DNA of 39,175 nucleotides from a virus (Duplodnaviria; Heunggongvirae; Uroviricota; Caudoviricetes): IMG/VR virus record IMGVR_UViG_2627853910_000005; one strand, 5' to 3'. Shown piece by piece: positions 30,677 to 39,175 of this stretch (position 1 is its first letter; each line of letters starts with the position of its first letter). The notes under the pieces were generated by a model. It saw only the letters and a program-made list of their open reading frames with translations, ran no database searches and was not told where the DNA came from. The position numbers and the translations under genes were made by a program.

Positions 30677-30929
30677 GGCTTACCTCCTGTTCCTGTGGTT
30701 TAAACCCATTCTGGTTTTGGCTAGATTGAAAACGTGCCGGATAAAGAATCTGCATTTCGCTGATTTCACCCTTAAAAAAATTGGCCAGACGTTCTGCAAG
30801 ATCGATAGATGGAATTTGTTCCAGTCTTTCAATACGACTCAGCGTCGCTGGATTGACCTGAACGCCAGCAGCAACATGCTGCAAAGTAAATCCGTGCGCC
30901 TTACGCACATTCCGTAATGGTGATTGCAT
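30669..30929 (-). CDS. Cro-like HTH (XRE family) regulator
   Basis: 86 aa; HTH region GFTLQHVAAGVQVNPATLSRIERLEQIPSIDLAERLANFF. Divergent from the CI-like gene, with SD GGAGG. Confidence 0.75.
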   Translation of the reverse strand: MQSPLRNVRKAHGFTLQHVAAGVQVNPATLSRIERLEQIPSIDLAERLANFFKGEISEMQILYPARFQSSQNQNGFKPQEQEVSRG

Positions 30930-31026
30930 ATAACCTCCACATATTGCGTGATGAGCATATTATTTCACGCAAATATTTTGCGCAAGTTGATTTGCTTAAC
31001 GCGCAATAAAGAAATGTAATAAACGC
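30930..31026. promoter_or_regulatory. Immunity-region operator/promoter interval
   Basis: Four copies of a TTGCGy / rCGCAA half-site, including a perfect 11-bp inverted repeat ATATTGCGTGA(13 bp)TCACGCAAATAT and the palindrome TTGCGCAA, between the divergent repressor and cro-like starts. Confidence 0.6.
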
Positions 31027-31719
31027 ATGAACATAGGAAACCGAGTCAGACAACTTCGCCAGGCGAAGAACATGAAAATCGCCGATCTCGCTGAAGCAAT
31101 AGGAGTGGATGCGGCGAATATCTCACGCCTGGAAACAGGTAAGCAGAAACAATTCACTGAACAAGCCCTGAGTAATATTGCCAGGAGCTTAGGTGTTGAT
31201 ATTGCTGATCTCTTTACCTCAGACTTCAAAAGTAATACTGTATGTAAAAACAGTATTAGTGAGGATGTTGCGCAGGTGAAGGATGTATTCCGTATTGAAA
31301 TGCTGGATGTCAGTGCCAGTGCGGGAAATGGCCTTATCCAGGGCGGTGATGTCATTGATGTGATTCATGCCATTGAATACAGAACTGATAATGCTGTATC
31401 GATGTTTGGCGGACGGCCAGCCAATCACATTAAAGTTATCAACGTTCGTGGGGACAGTATGTGTCCAACCATTGAGCCAGGAGATCTCATCTTCGTTGAT
31501 GTCAGTATCAATCAGTTTGATGGAGATGGTATCTATGTATTTGGTTTTGATGATAAAATTTATGTCAAACGACTGCAAATGATACCTGACAAACTACTGG
31601 TGATTTCTGATAACCAGATTTACCGTGAATGGGGAATTACCAGCGAAAATGAACACCGGTTTATGGTCTTTGGAAAGGTCTTAATCAGCCAGTCACAAAC
31701 CCTTAAGCGACACAATTAA
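31027..31719 (+). CDS. CI-like repressor (HTH plus S24 LexA-type peptidase domain)
   Basis: 230 aa. N-terminal HTH (VRQLRQAKNMKIADLAEAIGVDAANISRLETG) and a C-terminal autocleavage domain with the catalytic Ser in GDSMCPT and Lys in KRL. Confidence 0.88.
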   Translation: MNIGNRVRQLRQAKNMKIADLAEAIGVDAANISRLETGKQKQFTEQALSNIARSLGVDIADLFTSDFKSNTVCKNSISEDVAQVKDVFRIEMLDVSASAGNGLIQGGDVIDVIHAIEYRTDNAVSMFGGRPANHIKVINVRGDSMCPTIEPGDLIFVDVSINQFDGDGIYVFGFDDKIYVKRLQMIPDKLLVISDNQIYREWGITSENEHRFMVFGKVLISQSQTLKRHN

Positions 31720-32230
31720 CCCTTACCTCCTCATCAATTAGCCACCCGAAGGTGGCTTTTCATTACTCATTAAATTGCATATCTCGCAATAAAAACACTT
31801 GCATAATGCGCAATTTCATTTTATCTTTCTTTCCAGACAAACAAACAAGGTACTAACAAAATTTGGTTGTAACACGGCGTATGGCACATGCGTCGTTAGC
31901 GGTCTGGGGACGTTAAAGGGGACAATCCACTCCTTGCTCGGGCAAACAAACCAGGTAGCCGGAATGTGCAAGTCAATGATGATGCTGATAAGACGCCTAA
32001 CCAGCGTGGCGATTCGGTTTGACGCCTGGGAAGAGACCAGGGTGCAACGATGAGGGCATTTATGGAACCGCGACAAAGTGTGGTGCCGTAACTGGCTAAG
32101 TGCTCTCAGCGTTGTGGTGAATGCGCAGGCTGATGCGCGAAAGACATTGCAGCTATTGCAGAAAAGAGCTGTTCGGCGGGGCAATTAAATGCCCGTGAGA
32201 GTCTGAAATAACCGCATGCCGGAGATCAGC

Positions 32231-32304
32231 ACCGGTCACCACAACAGCCACTGCTTTGGCGGTACCAGTTTGTACACTTGCTTCCGGCTGGTACCGCTCT
32301 TTTT
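32231..32304 (+). ncRNA. Candidate DicF-like small RNA ending in an intrinsic terminator
   Basis: TTTGGCGGTACCAGTTT is nearly identical to the core of E. coli DicF as I recall it (UUUGGCGGUAUCAGUUU). It is followed by a 10-bp stem (GCGGTACCAG / CTGGTACCGC) and TCTTTTT. Located downstream of the repressor gene, as dicF is in Qin. Confidence 0.35.
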
Positions 32305-32440
32305 ACAAAACAGAGAAGAGCATCACCGGACGACGAGCTGATAACCCAATCCATCCGGGCGGCTGCCACCCAGGTGTTCTTCTCTGTTTTGTGGAGAAAC
32401 CAACCGACCTTGCAGGGTCGATATGATGAGGAGCAGCAAA

Positions 32441-32803
32441 ATGGCTAGCGAACGCAGTACTGATGTGCAGGCATTTATCGGGGAGCTGGACGGCGGCGTA
32501 TTTGAAACCAAAATCGGCGCAGTTCTCAGTGAAGTCGCTTCCGGTGTGATGAACACGAAAACCAAAGGTAAGGTCTCACTCAACCTGGAAATCGAACCAT
32601 TTGATGAGAACCGTGTGAAAATCAAACACAAACTCTCATATGTTCGCCCGACTAACCGCGGGAAAATTTCCGAAGAAGACACCACCGAAACGCCGATGTA
32701 TGTCAATCGCGGTGGTCGCCTGACTATTCTGCAGGAAGACCAGGGACAATTACTGACTCTTGCCGGTGAGCCTGACGGAAAACTACGCGCAGCAGGTCAT
32801 TAA
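32441..32803 (+). CDS. Hypothetical protein (120 aa)
   Basis: ATG with SD GAGGAG at 8 nt. First gene of the early-left operon downstream of the sRNA candidate. Confidence 0.5.
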   Translation: MASERSTDVQAFIGELDGGVFETKIGAVLSEVASGVMNTKTKGKVSLNLEIEPFDENRVKIKHKLSYVRPTNRGKISEEDTTETPMYVNRGGRLTILQEDQGQLLTLAGEPDGKLRAAGH

Positions 32804-32868
32804 TATCGTTATTAATAAACTGATTATTTATCTCATCACTGAATATCTTTATATAGTGAGGACTTATT

Positions 32869-33693
32869 ATGTCTCAGAACTTAGACGCAACCGCAATTAA
32901 TCAAATCCATGCCCTTATTTCTGCTCAGGGTGTTAATGAAATTATCAGTAAGATTGGTGCCGATGCTGTGGCATTGCCTGAGAATTTCCGCATTCATGAT
33001 CTGGAAAAATTTAATTTAAATCGCTTCCGTTTCCGTGGTGCGCTTTCCACTGCCAGCATCGATGACTTTACCCGTTATTCTAAAGATCTTGCAGATGAAG
33101 GCACCCGCTGCTTTATCGATGCTGATAATATGCGTGCCGTCAGTGTGCTTAACCTGGGTACTATTGATGAACCAGGTCACGCAGATAACACCGCCATTCT
33201 CAAACTGAAAAAGACAGCACCGTTCTCTGCTCTGTTGTCTGTTAACGGCGAGCGTAACTCCCAGAAGTCACTGGCAGAATGGATTGAAGACTGGGCCGAC
33301 TACCTTGTAGGCTTTGATGCTAATGGTGACGCTATTCAGGCAACAAAAGCGGCTGCGGCTGTCCGTAAAATCACGATTGAAGCAAACCAGACCGCTGATT
33401 TTGAAGATAATGACTTCAGCGGAAAACGCTCCCTGATGGAGTCTGTCGAAGCGAAGACCAAAGATATTATGCCAGTGGCATTTGAATTTAAATGCGTTCC
33501 GTTTGAAAGTCTGAAAGAACGTCCGTTTAAATTACGCCTCAGCATTATCACTGGCGATCGTCCTGTACTGGTTCTGCGCATTATTCAGTTGGAAGCAGTC
33601 CAGGAAGAAATGGCTAACGAATTTCGTGATCTGCTTGTTGAGAAATTCAAAGACAGCAAAGTAGAAACCTTTATTGGTACTTTCACCGCCTGA
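32869..33693 (+). CDS. DUF2303 (YfdQ-like) family protein
   Basis: 274 aa, the same length and position relative to the HD-domain gene as YfdQ in CPS-53-type prophages. Assignment from memory. Confidence 0.55.
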   Translation: MSQNLDATAINQIHALISAQGVNEIISKIGADAVALPENFRIHDLEKFNLNRFRFRGALSTASIDDFTRYSKDLADEGTRCFIDADNMRAVSVLNLGTIDEPGHADNTAILKLKKTAPFSALLSVNGERNSQKSLAEWIEDWADYLVGFDANGDAIQATKAAAAVRKITIEANQTADFEDNDFSGKRSLMESVEAKTKDIMPVAFEFKCVPFESLKERPFKLRLSIITGDRPVLVLRIIQLEAVQEEMANEFRDLLVEKFKDSKVETFIGTFTA

Positions 33694-33820
33694 TTTCATT
33701 GCTGCAAATGCCCCTGCGGGGGCATTTATGGAAACGTAATTGACTCAACAATCGCCTGATAGCGAGGGCTTCCTTTTACCCGAATTCAGCGCGGTGCAGC
33801 GCATATACGTGGAGAACAAA

Positions 33821-34357
33821 ATGTCATTTATTAAAACTTTTTCCGGGAAGCATTTTTATTATGACAAGATAAATAAAAACGACATCGTGATTAACGATAT
33901 CGCGGTTTCCCTTTCAAATATCTGCCGCTTTGCCGGTCATCTTTCTCACTTCTACAGCGTCGCCCAACATGCGGTGCTTTGCAGCCAGCTGGTGCCGCAG
34001 GAATTTGCTTTTGAAGCGTTAATGCATGATGCAACAGAAGCGTATTGCCAGGACATCCCCGCACCACTGAAACGCCTTCTTCCTGACTATAAACGGATGG
34101 AAGAAAAAATAGACGCAGTAATCCGTGAGAAATACGAGTTGCCCCCGGTTATGAGTACGCCTGTGAAATATGCCGATCTAATCATGCTGGCAACCGAACG
34201 CCGTGATCTCGGGCTTGATGATGGCTCTTTCTGGCCTGTACTGGAAGGCATCCCGGCAACAGAGATGTTCAAAGTTATTCCACTGTCACCAGGCCATGCC
34301 TACGGGATGTTTATGGAACGTTTTAACGAGTTATCGGAGTTACGCAAATGCGCATAA
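33821..34357 (+). CDS. HD-domain phosphohydrolase (YfdR-like 5'-deoxynucleotidase)
   Basis: 178 aa from the ATG with SD GGAGAA. His and HD motifs (SVAQHAV, LMHDATEAY). Matches my recollection of YfdR. Confidence 0.75.
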   Translation: MSFIKTFSGKHFYYDKINKNDIVINDIAVSLSNICRFAGHLSHFYSVAQHAVLCSQLVPQEFAFEALMHDATEAYCQDIPAPLKRLLPDYKRMEEKIDAVIREKYELPPVMSTPVKYADLIMLATERRDLGLDDGSFWPVLEGIPATEMFKVIPLSPGHAYGMFMERFNELSELRKCA

Positions 34358-34698
34358 ATGTTTTCGAAATGGAAGGTTTTCTTCGCGGGAAATGTGTACC
34401 GCGAGATCTGAAAGTGAATGAAACAAATGCTGAGTATCTGGTGCGTAAATTCGATGAAGTACGTGCTGAGGCTCGCAACGAGGGTATTAACTATACCGCA
34501 AGCCGTCTTGCTTCTGCTTTCAATCACGGATTTATCAATAAGCCTTTGACTGAAGTTTTCGACGTTACACGCATGATTCTGTCAGCGAAAGAAGAGTTAG
34601 CTAATGAATCGCATCCGATTGATGGCCTGTCTGGTGAATATGCGGAGAAATCCCTTGAAGAATGGGCGGAACGGCTTCGCAAAGGGGGCAACCAGTGA
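34348..34698 (+). CDS. Hypothetical protein (116 aa)
   Basis: ATG overlaps the end of the HD-domain gene. No domain recognised. Confidence 0.5.
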   Translation: MRINVFEMEGFLRGKCVPRDLKVNETNAEYLVRKFDEVRAEARNEGINYTASRLASAFNHGFINKPLTEVFDVTRMILSAKEELANESHPIDGLSGEYAEKSLEEWAERLRKGGNQ

Positions 34699-35057
34699 CT
34701 GGACATGCAGCAATCCTCGACATGTGCTGTGGCAGTCGCATGTTCTGGTTCGATACAAATGACGAACGGGCGATATTCAGCGATATCAGAAAGGAAGAGC
34801 ATACATTGTGCGATGGGCAACGCCTGATTATCAGTCCTGACCTGATAGCTGATTCTCGTGCATTACCATTTGCAGACGCATCTTTTTCGGTGGTTGTATT
34901 CGACCCTCCGCATCTTGAGCGTGTTGGTGATAACGCCTGGATGGGGAAAACAATAACAGCTCTCATTACTCTAGAAAATCTCGCATTAGCTTTAACCGGA
35001 AAGTCAGACCTGCCAGTGGAGCTACGGCTGCGAAATGTTGAGATCAAGGTGAAATAG
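34695..35057 (+). CDS. Small putative SAM-dependent DNA methyltransferase-like protein
   Basis: GTG start overlaps the upstream stop (GTGA). Motif I-like LDMCCGS and motif IV-like VVFDPPH. Unusually short (about 120 aa), so it may be truncated or inactive. Confidence 0.45.
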   Translation: MTGHAAILDMCCGSRMFWFDTNDERAIFSDIRKEEHTLCDGQRLIISPDLIADSRALPFADASFSVVVFDPPHLERVGDNAWMGKTITALITLENLALALTGKSDLPVELRLRNVEIKVK

Positions 35058-35058
35058 C

Positions 35059-35454
35059 ATGAATTCTATTACCAAAGAACGTATCGAATTATTCATTAAA
35101 AATCCGCTTGAAAACAGACTTACCCGTGGCGAGCAAATGGAACTAGCACAAATAGCTTTGGCTTCTCTTGATAAAAAGCCGGTGGCATGGATGCTGAGTA
35201 AAAGTGTAGTTGCACTTACCAACAAAAATGGTGGAACGCCTCTCTACCTAGCTCCTCCCGTAATGACCATCACAAATGAACGAATATCTTATGAATTATT
35301 CATGGAAAAGCGTTTCGGTGACTCAGTAGATCGTCGGAGAGCCAAAAACGGCGATAACGAGTACATGGCATGGGATATGGCTCTCGGCTGGGTTGTCTGG
35401 CAGCAACGCGCTGGAATGAGTCTTTCAACTGCACAACCGCAGAAGGTGAACTAA
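35059..35454 (+). CDS. Hypothetical protein (131 aa)
   Basis: ATG 1 nt after the upstream stop. Protein-like composition, no domain recognised. Confidence 0.5.
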   Translation: MNSITKERIELFIKNPLENRLTRGEQMELAQIALASLDKKPVAWMLSKSVVALTNKNGGTPLYLAPPVMTITNERISYELFMEKRFGDSVDRRRAKNGDNEYMAWDMALGWVVWQQRAGMSLSTAQPQKVN

Positions 35455-35648
35455 TGAACAACTTAATGACAACAAAACAAGTTGCCGAATTCTGTGGCGT
35501 TTCAGTATCGACAGTTCTTCGCTGGAACAGCGTAAACCGGAGAACTGGCCAGAAGTACAGGCCTGATTTTCCAGATCCTGATATTAAATCATGCCCAAAT
35601 AAATGGGCGTCACGCAAGATTTACAGGTTTGCAGGAGTTATTGAATGA
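35454..35648 (+). CDS. AlpA-family HTH regulator / excisionase-like protein
   Basis: 64 aa; LMTTKQVAEFCGVSVSTVLRW matches the AlpA/Xis HTH signature. ATG overlaps the upstream stop (TAATG). Confidence 0.7.
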   Translation: MNNLMTTKQVAEFCGVSVSTVLRWNSVNRRTGQKYRPDFPDPDIKSCPNKWASRKIYRFAGVIE

Positions 35649-35992
35649 CGTATGTGAACAGACACGTCTATGGCACGGTAAGCGTCTGTCTGAGCGATAT
35701 AGGCACGGACGTTGCTATCCACAAGCATTAATTATCAGGAAACGGGGACCGCTCCCCAAGCATGATGTATTGAAACGAAGACATTTACACAATGATAGAA
35801 AAAATACTAAAATAATGATTCAACTCAAAGAGTTGATGTGCATAAAATGCCTCACCAGCCTAGGTGAACATTTTCATGGGTGGGAAAAAACATGATGTGG
35901 ACCACACTTCCCCCTCTAAAATGAGGGGAAAGAGTATGGTTTTGTTGTACACTAAAGGCCATATGGTTTTTTATTATGTTTGGATAAGATAA

Positions 35993-36178
35993 ATGAATGT
36001 AATAGCATTTAATGAAATAGAATCGAGCATCGCCGCCAATGATCAGGTTGATTCTATCTGCATTGAATTAACAACATTTAATCAAGATAATGTCATTTTA
36101 TTTGAAAGTAAAAAGAAAAATAAAGAAATTCTTGATGCATTTTTTGAAATAATAAATACTGATATAGTTTTCGACTAG
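35993..36178 (+). CDS. Small acidic protein (61 aa) upstream of the kinase-deaminase gene
   Basis: ATG-initiated ORF ending 10 nt before the deaminase start, within the same AT-rich block. Weak RBS; it could instead be a non-coding leader. Confidence 0.35.
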   Translation: MNVIAFNEIESSIAANDQVDSICIELTTFNQDNVILFESKKKNKEILDAFFEIINTDIVFD

Positions 36179-36188
36179 GTAATTAGCA

Positions 36189-37784
36189 ATGGCTGAAGCA
36201 GCAAAAAAAACTCCACAAAAGCTGAATGAAAAAAAAGGCTCAACATCGGCATCATCACTTGAGATTGTGAATTCACGACAATCAAAAGATATTTATCTTG
36301 GATTATGTGGATATGTTGGATGTGGAATGAAAACGATAAACAAAATTATCGAAGAGATATCCAAAGAATGGGGGTATAATGTTGTACACATCCGCATAAG
36401 TGCGCTTATGGAAGACCCATTATATTTTGAGCCAGCAGCACTGAAGGTATCCGAAAGCACACAAGTTAATAGACATTTAAAACTCCAGGATATTGCCAAT
36501 AAACTTCGTAAACATTACGAAAAAAATGAGTTGCTTGCAGAAGCTGCTATTGCAGCAATCGCAGCAGCGAAAAAGAATATTGATTATAATAATGATGAAT
36601 ATAAAGGTACTGTCTTCATCATTGATCAATTCAAAAGGCCGGAAGAAATAGAGTTATTCAGAGTTATATATCAGCATAATTTCTATTTGTTAGGAGTTTT
36701 GCGCGATTTAGATTACCGAATTACGAATCTCATTGCTGACGAATCGACAAAGGACGACCTTCATTTAATTATTAATATTGATAATAAATCCTCTGATCCG
36801 TATGGACAAAGAACCGGGGAAACCATTCTTGATTCAGATTTTTTTATTAAAAATAACTTCAGCCAAAAAAGTGAATTAAAGAAGAAGATTGATCGGTTTT
36901 TCGGTCTTATTCATGGCAAAAATGGTTTAACACCAACTTTTAACGAGAAAGGTATGTATGCTGCCTTTTCAACATCATTACAATCAGCTTGTTTATCACG
37001 TCAAGTAGGGGCTGCACTGTTTGATGATGAAGGGAATTTGCTTGCCGTGGGTAAGAACGACGTACCTAAAGCTGGTGGCGGGTTGTATAGCAGTGATGAT
37101 TTTGATAACGATCATCGATGCGTTCACAAAAGTGGTAAGTGTTATAATGATGCAAACAAGCAAAAAATTAAAGACCGTATAAAAAGCATATTATCAACCG
37201 AAGTAAGAAGTGTATTAGGTATTTCCGCAGGACAAACTGTTGCCGATATTAATATAACACGACTTCTAAACAAATTAGATAATATTGCAGAAGGCATTTA
37301 CAAAGACAGCAAAATATCAAGTGTAATGGAGTACTCCAGATCAATTCATGCTGAAATGGACGTCATTACATCAATGGCTAGAAAACAAAACGGCGATACT
37401 AAAGATAAAATTCTTTTTACGACAACCTATCCCTGCCACAACTGTGCAAGGCATATTGTCGCATCTGGAATAAAAAAAGTAGTATATATAGAGCCATTTG
37501 ATAAAAGCCTTGCTCTTGATCTGCATAATGATGCAATAACAAAGAACGAAGAATCTTCCAAAGTAATATTTTGTGATTTTGAGGGGGTATCACCCCGCCG
37601 CTACCATAAATTTTTCAGACCAACGGATGAACGTAAAGATGATAAAACAGGGGATGCAAATAAATTTAATGCTCGCTACAAAAATCATATAGATGTTCAA
37701 TATCTTGATGATTATAGAAAGTATGAGACTGTTGTAGCTAAGAAATTTATAAACGAGATTGCTAAACCAGAGTCTCAGCCATAA
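36189..37784 (+). CDS. P-loop nucleotide kinase-like domain fused to a zinc-dependent cytidine/dCMP deaminase domain
   Basis: 531 aa. C-terminal HAEMDVI (HxE) and YPCHNCARHIVASGIKKVVY (PCxxC) are the deoxycytidylate deaminase zinc motifs. N-terminal GYVGCGMKT and VFIIDQFKRPEE resemble Walker A/B of nucleotide kinases. GC content is far below the prophage average. Confidence 0.8.
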   Translation: MAEAAKKTPQKLNEKKGSTSASSLEIVNSRQSKDIYLGLCGYVGCGMKTINKIIEEISKEWGYNVVHIRISALMEDPLYFEPAALKVSESTQVNRHLKLQDIANKLRKHYEKNELLAEAAIAAIAAAKKNIDYNNDEYKGTVFIIDQFKRPEEIELFRVIYQHNFYLLGVLRDLDYRITNLIADESTKDDLHLIINIDNKSSDPYGQRTGETILDSDFFIKNNFSQKSELKKKIDRFFGLIHGKNGLTPTFNEKGMYAAFSTSLQSACLSRQVGAALFDDEGNLLAVGKNDVPKAGGGLYSSDDFDNDHRCVHKSGKCYNDANKQKIKDRIKSILSTEVRSVLGISAGQTVADINITRLLNKLDNIAEGIYKDSKISSVMEYSRSIHAEMDVITSMARKQNGDTKDKILFTTTYPCHNCARHIVASGIKKVVYIEPFDKSLALDLHNDAITKNEESSKVIFCDFEGVSPRRYHKFFRPTDERKDDKTGDANKFNARYKNHIDVQYLDDYRKYETVVAKKFINEIAKPESQP

Positions 37785-37790
37785 CTGTTT

Positions 37791-37830
37791 CCACTCCTTA
37801 TTTCTGTAAGGATAAGGAGTGGTGTTTTTA
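37791..37830 (+). terminator. Rho-independent terminator after the kinase-deaminase gene
   Basis: CCACTCCTTA-loop-TAAGGAGTGG stem followed by TGTTTTTA, 7 nt after the stop codon. Confidence 0.55.
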
Positions 37831-37936
37831 TAAGTATAATGACCGTCTCTTCATAAATCGGCAAATCGAAATATCAGCAACCAGTTAATTATAATCCAAG
37901 AATCATTACTATTTTCTTACTCTGTATGTCTATTCA

Positions 37937-39175
37937 TTATTCAATAGGCTGTCTGTTGGAACCTAAATTAGTGTAAGTAAGAATCGAATCAACCCTATCC
38001 CACCATGCCTGATAGGCTTTACGCTGTTCTTCTAGATAATCGCTCTTATCATAAACTTGCCATACCCCTGGCAGTTTATGACCGAGCATTATTTCAGCAA
38101 TATGAGGAGCAGTAAGATCAGAAAAGTTTGTTCGTGCTGTTCGTCTCAAATCATGAAGAGACCAATGAGGAAATTGATACCCCAAACGTCGCCATGCGAA
38201 CTGCATTAAATTGTAAGGCAGCGACTGCAATGATGTCCGACCAACTGGCTCCCTGCTTCCTTCCTTAGTAAAAAGCATATCGGAACCGTTGTTCATAGAG
38301 ATAACGTATTTTATAAGCTCTTCAACCGGTTCAATAATGGGCCGCTTTAGCGGTTCGCCTGTTATGTCCCCAGTCTTATGTCGTTCTGGTGGTACAGTCC
38401 ATACCTTATTTATGAAATCAAAATCATCCACCCTAGCAGTAATTAGCTCTGAACTACGGCAACCAAAATGCAGCAATAGTTTAATGAAGGCTCGGTATTT
38501 AGGAACCATTCGAGAACCATCGATCGCAGCATAAAGGATGTTAATTTCATCATGTGTCAGAAACCGTTTTTTCTGACCTTTACGGATATCCATATCTTTA
38601 CCCGTGATATCCGACAGTGGGCGAGTTTCAATGAGCTTTCTCTTATACGCCCAGACATGAGCCTGCTTTGCGTTAATTAGCAATCGGTCTACTATTGCTG
38701 GAGTCTTGGTGCTAAGAGGCTCTAGGACTTCTAACCAATCATGCAATGTAGCTGCATCGTGAGGGATATTCCCGATTTTAGAGAACAGGTGCAGCTCAAA
38801 CGAGCGGAGTATCTGTTCAGAACCTTTTTTATTTTTTACACAATATGCTTCATACCAGGCACGGATCACAGACTCTACCGTCATGGCTTCAGTAGCTTTT
38901 CGTTTTTCAGCCTGCTTGACTAATCGTGGATTGCGGTTTGACTCGAGTTCACCACGGAGACGGATAACTTCTTCTCTGGCCTCTTTTAATCCAGTTGCCG
39001 GGTAAGTTCCGATATCAAGGCGCTCACCTTTCCCTGCCCATTGATAACGATATTGGAACACTACGCGACCTTTCGGTGATACTCTGACAGACAGACCATC
39101 ACGATCGGATTTAACCAAAACCTTATCACGTTCCTTTCCAACGACTGAACGCAACCACGCATCAGACAGCGCCAT
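37937..39175 (-). CDS. int: Tyrosine integrase (P4-like family)
   Basis: 412 aa. N-terminal arm-binding region (MALSDAWLRS...LSVRVSPKGRVVFQYRYQW), C-terminal catalytic residues (...HDLRRTA...LGHK...Y). The start codon is the last three bases of the window. Confidence 0.9.
   Translation of the reverse strand: MALSDAWLRSVVGKERDKVLVKSDRDGLSVRVSPKGRVVFQYRYQWAGKGERLDIGTYPATGLKEAREEVIRLRGELESNRNPRLVKQAEKRKATEAMTVESVIRAWYEAYCVKNKKGSEQILRSFELHLFSKIGNIPHDAATLHDWLEVLEPLSTKTPAIVDRLLINAKQAHVWAYKRKLIETRPLSDITGKDMDIRKGQKKRFLTHDEINILYAAIDGSRMVPKYRAFIKLLLHFGCRSSELITARVDDFDFINKVWTVPPERHKTGDITGEPLKRPIIEPVEELIKYVISMNNGSDMLFTKEGSREPVGRTSLQSLPYNLMQFAWRRLGYQFPHWSLHDLRRTARTNFSDLTAPHIAEIMLGHKLPGVWQVYDKSDYLEEQRKAYQAWWDRVDSILTYTNLGSNRQPIE

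Noticed and set aside
31219-31578. 119-aa minus-strand ORF
   Set aside because: Antisense to the CI-like repressor gene, which has clear HTH and S24 peptidase motifs.
31816-32184. 122-aa minus-strand ORF between the repressor gene and the sRNA candidate
   Set aside because: Antisense to the direction of early-left transcription, no RBS, Cys/Arg-rich translation. The region is better explained as leader/sRNA sequence.
35629-35895. 88-aa ORF overlapping the end of the AlpA-like gene
   Set aside because: Requires a TTG start with no RBS and has no in-frame ATG until near its end; basic low-complexity product. More likely untranslated sequence upstream of the cargo cassette.

Overview
The window is almost entirely one defective lambdoid prophage (lambda / phage 21 / Qin-like) of an Escherichia-type enterobacterium. 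All calls rest on reading the six-frame translations and the raw sequence by eye; no database search was run, and protein identities come from remembered family signatures. Layout from right to left: P4-family integrase (37937-39175); an AT-rich cargo cassette encoding a P-loop kinase / cytidine-deaminase fusion (36189-37784), which is the most interesting candidate; early-left genes (AlpA-like, small methyltransferase, HD-domain YfdR-like, DUF2303-like); a DicF-like sRNA candidate; CI-like repressor and Cro-like protein flanking operator repeats; an O-like replication initiator with ori iterons inside the gene; a nin-like block (Dam methyltransferase, RusA, KilA-N, DUF968/HNH); Q antiterminator with a late promoter; cold-shock morons (cspF, cspB, cspI) and gnsB; a pinholin / SAR-endolysin / Rz-Rz1 lysis cassette; terminase Nu1/A and W; then an internal deletion that removed the head genes and most of V; tail genes G/T/H/M/L/K/I/J; lom; a frameshifted side tail fibre; three small tail-fibre-associated ORFs; and a Pin-family invertase. 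The prophage cannot make capsids and its side tail fibre is broken. Coordinates of sequence motifs (terminators, repeats, promoters) may be off by a base or two.
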